From: Deltaproteobacteria bacterium | GTDB taxonomy: Bacteria > Desulfobacterota > Desulfobacteria > Desulfobacterales > C00003060 | Length of the DNA: 64,000 bases | Direction of reading: 5' to 3' | Assembly: GCA_019307135.1 (NCBI GenBank) | Contig: JAFDKF010000001.1 | Coordinates: 6,104 to 70,103, forward strand | Shown here: positions 8,007-15,438 of the stretch, in pieces | Position numbering within the stretch: position 1 is the stretch's first letter | Layout of the letters: each line of letters opens with the position of its first letter | Position numbers and translations under genes: made by a program | The notes under the pieces: model-generated | Told to the model about the DNA's origin: nothing | The model's input: the letters and a program-made list of their open reading frames with translations, nothing else | Databases searched by the model: none

Positions 8007-10145
8007 CTAAAACCTTGCTGAAAGGTTTGCGGTTATGGTTTGTGTTTCGGTTTCCGTATCGGCTTCCTCCCGGCTCCAGTCATATCCGAACCTGAGCGTG
8101 AACACCTGGCTTAAGTTCCACGAGAGGTCAGAGGAATAGGTTTTCTTGATTGTATCATTCCTGTCTATGGCATAGTCCATACTGAGCTGTACCTTTTTGG
8201 TCAACAACCAGTTCAGATTATAGTCCTGACGAGAGGTTTCATCGCCAGACTCTTCGTCCCGGTCAACGCCATATGATCCCCTGAAATAGAAATCGTGTGA
8301 GGGCCGCCAGTAAAGCGTGACTTCGGCATTGGAAGTTCGGCCTGTCGTATCACCGCTCGGCGCTTCTGTCTTTGACCAGTTTATATTATACTCTATTTCA
8401 GTTGTCAAGACGCTGGTAAGCTCAAGACGTAGGTTCGAGTGAATAGATTTCGTGGTTGACTCGGAATCAGTTGATAGATTTTCAGTGCGGGTAATATCTC
8501 CGTCTATGTCCAGATCTGCCCCCTCACGGAGCTTGGCCGCTATGTGCAGCAGGGCAGATGAGGTCTTTGATTGTGTCTCAGATTCTTCTTTCAATACCCA
8601 GTGGTTCAGGGAAAGGTCGGTATCAAGTGTGGTTAGCGGGGATGAAACAAAGTACAGCCGATACGTATCGGTCGATCTACGCGTTGTCTCTTCCTCAGAA
8701 TCCTCAGAATCCTTTTCTTCATATTCCAACCGCTTTTGATAGTAGGGCCGGACCTCAAGGTATTTGTGCACCTGAAACCCTTTTTCTACAAGGCCGCTTA
8801 AGTATTGGCGCGACTGCTTGGTTGTGGTCGAGTCGCCCTCGTTCTCGTTCTTCCGCCTGTCCTGGTTGAGATCATAAGTAAAAGAGAGCCAGTCAAAGGG
8901 TCTAAGCCCAAGATTGGCCTGGATGGTTTGTGTGGTCGTCTCTTCTTCGGTTGTGGTATAAGGGGCGTAGGTCGTAACGCTGTATGCTTCGATCTTTCTG
9001 GCTTGCAGGGGCTGGGGATCGCTTGCAGTGTTCACCACCTTAAAGTACCGTGCCGATGTCTTGGTAAAGGAGATCTCAAACCGCTCTTGGATCGTGTCAT
9101 AATCGAAGCTGGCATCAGCGGTTATCGGTGTCCATGTGCTGTTATCAGTACTTGAATACACAGCCCACGTAAAGTTGTTCTCGTCAAACGCAGGGTCAGG
9201 CGTGCTCGTATAAAGATAGATCAGTTCAACCTCAGTATCAGGATGCAGCTCCACCCCTATGTTCTGATCGTTCACTCCGCCAATGTTTATGTTTGCTGTG
9301 CCATCTCTCAGGGTGTCGTCAATACCAAGAGCCCCTGTCCCCGGCATGGGGTCAGGAGCATACAGTCCGTGAAGGACGGTCTCTTTTTCGGGCTTGCTGA
9401 CCTCCTCCCCCCTTGCCTTTGTTTCCGTCTCCCTCTCATTTATCGAATAGCTTCCGGATGAGGTGATCTTGTTGCTCCAGAAAGATTTCCTGAAATCGAT
9501 TCGCCCATCAAGGGTATTGGTCTCCTGGGTGCTATCTGCAACATAATCGTCTGAAATTTCGTTCGTGTAGTCGCCAAAAAAGTTCAAAAATCTATAGGCA
9601 TAGTCAGCGCTCCCGGAAAACCTCTTTGTCTCGGTGTTTGTCTCGTGAACTGGCAGGTGGTCATAATTCTTGTCTTGATCGTAGCGGAGCCGGAGCTTGG
9701 GATATTTTTCGAGTCTTGTGTATAAATTGTAATTCCAGGATTCGGTCGTGAACCGTTCTTCATCTGAGTCCGCGGTCAAGACGTCCAGGCCCTTTTCGTC
9801 TAAGCGATACCCGGCAGCGGCATCGAAATATTCGTTTGACACATTGAGCCTCATATCCGGATAGAGCCGTGTTTTCTTGTCGGTGGTTTTCTCGTCGTCT
9901 GTTTCAGTAACATCTTTAGTAACATTGACGCCAACATCAGCGTTAAAACTTACCTTTGATGTTATCTCTTTGGTAAGCCCGAGGTTGTACAACTGTGTAA
10001 GGCTCCAGGTGCTCGTCTTTTCATGATCCTTCTTTGTTTCGCTGGAGCGATAAGAAATGTCTGCCGAGGCGCGTATATCGTCTCCCGCGTAAGCCGCGCG
10101 GAAGCAAGCCAGGGTTAACAAGAAAACAGCAATCCAGCATCTCAT
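8007..10145 (-). CDS. Large outer-membrane beta-barrel protein with a central discoidin (F5/8 type C)-like domain
   Basis: Signal peptide MRCWIAVFLLTLACFRAAYA/GDD. Alternating Y/F/D/T/S-rich beta-strand composition throughout and a C-terminal ...ANLSARF (terminal Phe). The middle segment WAVYSSTDNSTWTPI...SARYFKVVNT resembles galactose-binding-like/discoidin domains. Confidence 0.7.
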   Translation of the reverse strand: MRCWIAVFLLTLACFRAAYAGDDIRASADISYRSSETKKDHEKTSTWSLTQLYNLGLTKEITSKVSFNADVGVNVTKDVTETDDEKTTDKKTRLYPDMRLNVSNEYFDAAAGYRLDEKGLDVLTADSDEERFTTESWNYNLYTRLEKYPKLRLRYDQDKNYDHLPVHETNTETKRFSGSADYAYRFLNFFGDYTNEISDDYVADSTQETNTLDGRIDFRKSFWSNKITSSGSYSINERETETKARGEEVSKPEKETVLHGLYAPDPMPGTGALGIDDTLRDGTANINIGGVNDQNIGVELHPDTEVELIYLYTSTPDPAFDENNFTWAVYSSTDNSTWTPITADASFDYDTIQERFEISFTKTSARYFKVVNTASDPQPLQARKIEAYSVTTYAPYTTTEEETTTQTIQANLGLRPFDWLSFTYDLNQDRRKNENEGDSTTTKQSRQYLSGLVEKGFQVHKYLEVRPYYQKRLEYEEKDSEDSEEETTRRSTDTYRLYFVSSPLTTLDTDLSLNHWVLKEESETQSKTSSALLHIAAKLREGADLDIDGDITRTENLSTDSESTTKSIHSNLRLELTSVLTTEIEYNINWSKTEAPSGDTTGRTSNAEVTLYWRPSHDFYFRGSYGVDRDEESGDETSRQDYNLNWLLTKKVQLSMDYAIDRNDTIKKTYSSDLSWNLSQVFTLRFGYDWSREEADTETETQTITANLSARF

Positions 10146-10164
10146 ATAATTTCAGTTCGCATCT

Positions 10165-10428
10165 CTAGGAGGCTGTCCGAGAATTCAAATTTGACGAAAT
10201 CGCCCTTAATAAATTCAAGTGCTTAGCGAGTCCCAATGTAACTTCTCAATAAGTTGGGGCAGATCATGTTTTGCGACTATTCACTGGATTCCCGCCTTCG
10301 CGGGAATGACAGACACTTGCAGCCAATCGTCATTCCCGCGAAGGCGGGAATCCACTAGTTATTACCCTGACTTTTTGAGAAGTTACGTCCCAATTGGGCA
10401 AAAATGCTATTCTCGGACAACCTCCTAG
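10165..10428. mobile_element. MITE-like nested palindromic element A (264 bp); shares its outer TIR with element B at 40074-40317
   Basis: TIR CTAGGAGGCTGTCCGAGAAT (10165-10184) against ATTCTCGGACAACCTCCTAG (10409-10428), 19/20 complementary. Inner inverted repeats are GTAACTTCTCAA / TTGAGAAGTTAC and GGATTCCCGCCTTCGCGGGAATGAC / GTCATTCCCGCGAAGGCGGGAATCC. Confidence 0.75.
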
Positions 10429-10489
10429 TAGAAATTCGGCGGGCTTGGTCATAATTTCGGCCAGCCAAGTGGGTCCGCACCCCGTAGCG

Positions 10490-10640
10490 TGCCCCCTCCC
10501 CGCCTGCCAACGCCTGGGTCGCACGGAGGTTACAATGCCCACACACAAGGCAACCTGCCCGCCATTGCCAGAGATGCCAGCATATAAGCTCAATGCTGTC
10601 TCAGGCGTTGGCAGGCGGGTGGCGGGCAGGTGTGGGGCAC
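10490..10640. repeat. Palindromic REP-like element (CCGCCTGCCAACGCC family)
   Basis: CCGCCTGCCAACGCCT (10500-10515) is the exact reverse complement of AGGCGTTGGCAGGCGG (10603-10618). The outer GTGCCCC / GGGGCAC also pair. The modules CCGCCTGCCAACGCC and CTGGCAATGGCGGGCAGG recur near 22400-22470, the latter in inverted orientation. Confidence 0.7.
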
Positions 10641-10718
10641 ATATTGTGGGCTAATCGGCTCAACCCGGTGAAGACCAAATTTTTCAGGTAACCGCACAGG
10701 TCCAAATATTTCGTATGG

Positions 10719-12149
10719 CTATTCTTCAATCAGGGCAATGCCGTGGGGGGTTTTTCCCACCTGAACCACTTTCTTCATGGTGTACGTTGGCAGGTCTATG
10801 ACAGACACGTCCTCAGACATCGAATTTATGACATAAAGTTTTCTTCTCAACTGGTCAATGGCCATCTCTGAAGGTAGGTCACCTGCCATCACATTTCTAT
10901 CCACCAAACCCATTCGTGGGTATACAAAAGAAATCTCGTTGCTGTTTGCATTGGACACGTAAATACGTTCTTGCAGGCCGGACAACATGCGGGTAGGCTT
11001 TTGCCCAACAGAAATCGTCTTTGTAGGCCTGTAGGGTGGTTGTAATGGGATCTCCATCACATAGATGTTGTTCGAAGCCGAATTGGCCACATACAGCCTA
11101 TCTTCGTGGATAAGCATTCCCGTGGGCTTCAGGCCAACAGTAACAGTCTTTTCCACAGATCGTTCGTAGTTATCTTCGTACATATCAATGACGGATATGG
11201 TATGCGATGCAGTGTTTGTCACATAGATCTTGCGCCTGTCTTGATCGACTACTATGCAGCAAGGGCGCTTGCCGACAGGTATCGTGCCGATGACCGTACG
11301 CGCAACAGTATCTATGACAGATACATTGTCCGAATCGGGGTTGGTTGCATAAAGCAAAAGGATTTGGCGAACTTCGGAGAGGGCAAGCTCAGCAGGGCTG
11401 TTACCAAAATTGCTGATTGTATTGATCACTCTGTTTATGGCCGTATCGATGACTGAAATTGTGTCTGAACCGGAATTGGCCACATAGACTCTGCGCCCAT
11501 CCGCCCTTGCCACAATTCCCACAGGTGCCCTGCCCACTGCAATACTTGCCACCACCATATCCTGTTCTCTGTCTATCACCGTAACGCAGTGAGAGTCGGT
11601 GTTTGTTACATAGATTAAGGTTTTCGTGATTTCCGCACCCTGTTTCCGAATAGTCAGCTCCGGCCTGAAGAGATATTTCTCGAAAACAGACTGCTCTGGA
11701 TCCCAGTCTGCAAATAGACACTGGCTTTCCCGGCCCAAAACAGAGAACTCGAAGTCCACAAAATGCTCTCCCCCGGGCTGGGGTACGGCTAAGGTAAAGC
11801 TTTTCTTGACCTTTTTCATCCTTGCCTCAGAAATAATCCACTTGACCCGTTTATACTTTCCGGCAGGCAGATAGAACTCGCGCAATTTGATCTGCCTTTC
11901 TGCAAGCTCAGCAGAATCAACGTGCTTATCCAGCGCCACATCGATCCACACTCCCTCCTTGTTCATAAAGCTCATGCCGGAGATAGAAAAGGAGATATCA
12001 AACGTAGGTTTCTTGGGACAGGAAAGATAAAAAAAGACCTGACCCTGGTCGGGAAACCGGGGGGCTTTCCGATCAGGCTCAAAAGCGCAGGAGATTATGC
12101 AGATTGGAGCCACCATTGCCGCGATGAAACGGATAATCATCTTTTGCAT
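10719..12149 (-). CDS. Lipoprotein with a seven-bladed YVTN-family beta-propeller
   Basis: I place the start at ATG 12149, preceded by AAGGTGG (ORF track 10719..12179). Lipobox IISC. Seven repeats of the type (I/L/V)YV(T/A/S/I)N....(V/I)SVID, e.g. IYVTNTDSHCVTVID, VYVANSGSDTISVID, IYVTNTASHTISVID. Confidence 0.85.
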   Translation of the reverse strand: MQKMIIRFIAAMVAPICIISCAFEPDRKAPRFPDQGQVFFYLSCPKKPTFDISFSISGMSFMNKEGVWIDVALDKHVDSAELAERQIKLREFYLPAGKYKRVKWIISEARMKKVKKSFTLAVPQPGGEHFVDFEFSVLGRESQCLFADWDPEQSVFEKYLFRPELTIRKQGAEITKTLIYVTNTDSHCVTVIDREQDMVVASIAVGRAPVGIVARADGRRVYVANSGSDTISVIDTAINRVINTISNFGNSPAELALSEVRQILLLYATNPDSDNVSVIDTVARTVIGTIPVGKRPCCIVVDQDRRKIYVTNTASHTISVIDMYEDNYERSVEKTVTVGLKPTGMLIHEDRLYVANSASNNIYVMEIPLQPPYRPTKTISVGQKPTRMLSGLQERIYVSNANSNEISFVYPRMGLVDRNVMAGDLPSEMAIDQLRRKLYVINSMSEDVSVIDLPTYTMKKVVQVGKTPHGIALIEE

Positions 12150-12207
12150 GATAACCACCTTCTTTAGGGTGTAAATCAAGATTGTTGGTTGTTGAGTTCA
12201 ATTGTAA

Positions 12208-12381
12208 GGTGTCAGTGTTCAGGTTTCAGCTCTTGAAGTTTCGCGATCCTGACACCTGACACCTGACACCCGACACCTGACACCCGACACCTGACACCCG
12301 ACACCTGACACCCGACACCTGACACCCGACACCTGACACCCGACACCTGACACCCGACACCCGACACCCGACACCTGAAAC
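12208..12381. repeat. Tandem heptamer array (CYGACAC)x18 with a partial upstream complement
   Basis: 18 contiguous 7-nt units at 12249-12374, mostly alternating CTGACAC/CCGACAC. GGTGTCAG at 12208-12215 is complementary to the unit. It lies between the YVTN and NHL genes. Confidence 0.9.
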
Positions 12382-12420
12382 CTTTTCCCCAAAACTAAAT
12401 ACGCATCACGGACACGGCAT

Positions 12421-13449
12421 TTACCGTATGTTCAACACCTGCACCCTATTGTTGAATGTATCTGCAACCAGAACGTTGCCCAGGGTGTCCACAGCTATAT
12501 CGGTAGGATACTGGAACCAGCCCCTTGCCCACCCCTTGCCGCCGAACTCGAACAAGAAGCGTCCGTCTTCCGACGAATAGGCACTCGCTGTGTGGCGCAT
12601 ATAGTCTATCACGTAAATCCTTTTGTTGCGGCTGTCCACGCCCATGCCACGGGGGCGGCTCAGTTTCCCGGAACCGCCTCCCTTTTGCCCAAACTTAAAG
12701 AGAAACTGCTCTTGGGGATCATACACATAGATGCGGCCCATGTCTTCGCTCAAAAGGTATATATGGCCCCGGTTGCCTATCTCCACGTCGCATATTGTAG
12801 CCTTTTCAACTGGCCCCTTGCCGAGTTTGTCAGTTGATGTCAAGAGATGGGAAAATCTTCCATCCTTATCCAAAACCACTGCCCCGCGATAGGCAGTGCC
12901 TGTCACGTAGAGATGACCTTTGTCGTTGATGGCAATATTGGTTGGGTTGAAATTGTCTGCACCTTCAAAACCGTCAAAGAAAATATCTTTCTTCCACCTT
13001 AGACAAGGATTCAAGACGGAAATCCTACCCTTTTTCTTTTTCCCGGTTGGCGATTGGGCAATAAACAGATATCCTTCAGGATCAACGGCCAGCCCCACAG
13101 GTACTTGAATCCCGTCCGATTTGCCAATAGAAAGAAGGGGATAGAAATCGTGGGTATAGACCAATATCCTGCTGTTCCCGGAATCGACCACATAGATCTC
13201 CTTCTTTACAGAATCAACGAACACCTTACAGGGGTACGACATAGGCACGCCTTCATAGCCCTCCCGGATAACCTGAAGACAAGTGATTTTCGAGGGCTCA
13301 AAGTCGTTCGTGCTGCGAACACCCTCCTGGGCGTGGAGTAAATGCATCCGCCCGGGTTGTGAGGTGATATCAAAAGGCACAGATAGTAAGGCGACAAGCC
13401 CTATGATGGGTAGGTATTGCCATTTTCGGGATTTGGGTCTTTCGGTCAT
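12421..13449 (-). CDS. Secreted NHL-repeat beta-propeller protein
   Basis: N-terminal hydrophobic segment YLPIIGLVALLSV. Repeats of the type IYVVDSGNSRILVY, IYVIDYMRHTASAY and VLVADTFNNRVQVL are typical of NHL blades. Confidence 0.8.
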   Translation of the reverse strand: MTERPKSRKWQYLPIIGLVALLSVPFDITSQPGRMHLLHAQEGVRSTNDFEPSKITCLQVIREGYEGVPMSYPCKVFVDSVKKEIYVVDSGNSRILVYTHDFYPLLSIGKSDGIQVPVGLAVDPEGYLFIAQSPTGKKKKGRISVLNPCLRWKKDIFFDGFEGADNFNPTNIAINDKGHLYVTGTAYRGAVVLDKDGRFSHLLTSTDKLGKGPVEKATICDVEIGNRGHIYLLSEDMGRIYVYDPQEQFLFKFGQKGGGSGKLSRPRGMGVDSRNKRIYVIDYMRHTASAYSSEDGRFLFEFGGKGWARGWFQYPTDIAVDTLGNVLVADTFNNRVQVLNIR

Positions 13450-13900
13450 GGTGTAATGGGGACTGAATGGCTTATCATTTCAACGGGTTGCAGAAGTACC
13501 GTGACGTTAAGTTGTTCCTATAGCACATTCTGACCAGAAAGTCCCTGTGAAATTTCAAAAAAGCGTCACACCTTAGCCTTATTGTAGGCGTTCACAGGTT
13601 CAGAGTTCACCGTTCAGGGTTACCTTTTGACGCTGATTTTTGGGATTACACTGATTACGCTGATTAATCTGCGTAATCTGCGGAATCAATCTAATCTGCG
13701 TTACTTCTTTCTTTCGTTGGCCTTGCTTGTAGGCCAGCAAGTACTTGACCTGCCCGCTCGTGCCTTAACTCCCATTTGTTTCTTCAGGCATGCCCTGAAC
13801 AGTCCGAATAACCTGTTCTTTCAATATGTTCTCATGTCTCGCATGGCAGGCGGGTGAAACCACGCATGGCAGCGCGGGTGCGTCCGGCGCGATCATACAC

Positions 13901-14068
13901 ACCCTGAACCTTTGAACCCTGAACCTTTAAACCCTGAACCCTGAACCCTGAACCCTGAACCCTGAACCCTGAACCCTGAACCCTGAACCCTGAACCCTGA
14001 ACCCTGAACCCTGAACCCTGAACCCTGAACCCTGAATCCCTGAACCCGTGAACCCGTGAACGGTTACG
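13901..14068. repeat. Tandem heptamer array with (CCCTGAA)x15 perfect core, ending GTGAACGGTTACG; an inverted partner arm lies at 13589-13625
   Basis: 15 perfect units at 13932-14036, flanked by degenerate units. The left arm GCGTTCACAGGTTCAGAGTTCACCGTTCAGGGTTACC is complementary in unit sequence. Confidence 0.9.
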
Positions 14069-14103
14069 TTTTATTTAACCTTTGCGGAGGGGTTTGCCAA
14101 ACA

Positions 14104-14133
14104 TTGACAAAATATAGGATGCAATGATACAGT
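14104..14133 (+). promoter_or_regulatory. Possible sigma70-type promoter for the ccm operon
   Basis: TTGACA (14104-14109), 18-nt spacer, TACAGT (14128-14133). This would give a very short or absent leader before ATG 14144, and no clear Shine-Dalgarno is visible. Confidence 0.25.
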
Positions 14134-14143
14134 TTTATGCCTG

Positions 14144-14761
14144 ATGTTTACGTTAAACGTATCTGGCATAGGCAAGCATTATGGAGAAACACTGTTGTTC
14201 AAAAACATCTCCTTTCAGTTGAATCAAGGAGATGTGTTGGCTGTTGCCGGATGGAACGGATCGGGCAAGAGCACCCTGCTTCGGATTATTGCCGGTCTTG
14301 TAAAGCCATCGGCTGGTCAGGTTGAAATGTTTTTCAACAAGGAGCCCATACCAAGAGAATCGAGGCGGGGGTTTGTTGGTATGGTGGCGCCTGCCTTATC
14401 TCTGTATGACGAGTTGACGGGTCTTGAGAACATGGAGTTTTTCTGCAGGGTGAGAGGCGTCGCCTGCAATCGTAACGATTGTCTCGACATCATTGATCGT
14501 GTGCGGCTGACGGAACATGCAACAAAAATGTGCAGGGACTACTCTTCCGGGTTGAAGCAAAGGTTGAAACTGGCTCAGGCGTTGCTCCATAAACCACCGC
14601 TATTATTGTTAGACGAACCAGGGTGCAACCTTGACAGCCAGGGGATTAAGGTTGTGGAAGAGATTATTTCAAATCAGAGGCAATTAGGGATGACCGTTAT
14701 TGCATCAAACGAAAAACGGGAGGTGGGGTACGCAGGCAAGGTCGTCAACCTATCTGAATGA
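14144..14761 (+). CDS. ccmA: Heme exporter ATP-binding protein CcmA
   Basis: Walker A GWNGSGKST, ABC signature YSSGLKQRL, Walker B LLLLDEP. First gene of a ccm-ordered cluster. Confidence 0.85.
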   Translation: MFTLNVSGIGKHYGETLLFKNISFQLNQGDVLAVAGWNGSGKSTLLRIIAGLVKPSAGQVEMFFNKEPIPRESRRGFVGMVAPALSLYDELTGLENMEFFCRVRGVACNRNDCLDIIDRVRLTEHATKMCRDYSSGLKQRLKLAQALLHKPPLLLLDEPGCNLDSQGIKVVEEIISNQRQLGMTVIASNEKREVGYAGKVVNLSE

Positions 14762-15422
14762 GGCCGTCGCTATTTGGCTTCGTGATCTACGCAGCGAATT
14801 CAGGACCCGCTATGCCCTGAATGCCATCCTGATGTTTGCTGTGACCACCCTCATAGCTGTGAGCTTTTCCATTGGATCCTTCCGCATCGAAGAAGCTGAA
14901 AGGCCCTTTTTATTTTCAGTCCTGTTATGGATAATTTTGACCTTTTCCGCCTTATCCGGGCTTGCCCGCTCCTTTGTCAAGGAAGAAGAGGCCGGCACCA
15001 TAGACGTATTGAAGCTTTCTGCGCGCCCCCAGGCTGTATTCTTGGGAAAGCTATTTTTCAATTTGACCCTGTTGGGAGCTTTGGAGCTCATCATTGTGCC
15101 ATCGTTTGTTCTCTTGATGTCCTACCAGATAAACTCTCCGGGCTTTTTTATCGCCATAATCATCAGCGGCGGGCTTGGTTTGGGGGCGGGCACAACGATA
15201 ATCGCTGCAATGATAGCCAGGGCCAGTACCCGGGGAGCGTTGTTTTCTGCCCTGTCTCTGCCCTTGCTCTTGCCCCTCATGATTACCTGTATCAAGGGCT
15301 GCGAAAGGGCTGCCATTGGCATGAATAATGCGAGTTGGCCTGAGGTCAAAGTCGCTGTTGCCTATTTTATAATAATGATTACAATGTCGTTGCTGCTATT
15401 TCCTTTGGTATGGGAAGAATAA
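14700..15422 (+). CDS. ccmB: Heme exporter membrane protein CcmB (start uncertain)
   Basis: Polytopic membrane protein between ccmA and ccmC. The ORF-track start is TTG 14700, overlapping ccmA by 62 nt. No in-frame ATG occurs before NAILMFAV, so the true start is unresolved. Confidence 0.7.
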   Translation: MHQTKNGRWGTQARSSTYLNEAVAIWLRDLRSEFRTRYALNAILMFAVTTLIAVSFSIGSFRIEEAERPFLFSVLLWIILTFSALSGLARSFVKEEEAGTIDVLKLSARPQAVFLGKLFFNLTLLGALELIIVPSFVLLMSYQINSPGFFIAIIISGGLGLGAGTTIIAAMIARASTRGALFSALSLPLLLPLMITCIKGCERAAIGMNNASWPEVKVAVAYFIIMITMSLLLFPLVWEE

Positions 15423-15438
15423 AAGGATCAGGAGATTT

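Noticed and set aside
10219-10654. ORFs 10219..10428, 10330..10593, 10355..10546 and 10394..10654
   Set aside because: They are translations of palindromic repeat elements (e.g. IPAFAGMT from GGATTCCCGCCTTCGCGGGAATGAC). The mutually overlapping ORFs on both strands are typical REP artefacts.
13627-13857. 76-aa ORF between the NHL gene and ccmA
   Set aside because: It is encoded largely by low-complexity CTGATTA/AATCTGCGT repeats, lies between the two arms of the heptamer element, and has no RBS.
13932-14036. (CCCTGAA)n resembles plant-type telomeric repeats (CCCTAAA)n
   Set aside because: It differs by one base in every unit and is internal, with ordinary bacterial genes on both sides. It belongs to a family of different heptamer arrays in this window, so I do not read it as a telomere or eukaryotic contamination.
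12249-14068. Tandem arrays considered as CRISPR arrays
   Set aside because: The units are 7 nt and directly abutting, with no unique spacers and no 25-40-nt repeats, and there are no cas genes in the window.
14137-14325. 62-aa ORF overlapping the start of ccmA in another frame
   Set aside because: The ccmA frame carries Walker A and ABC motifs. The alternative frame has no features.
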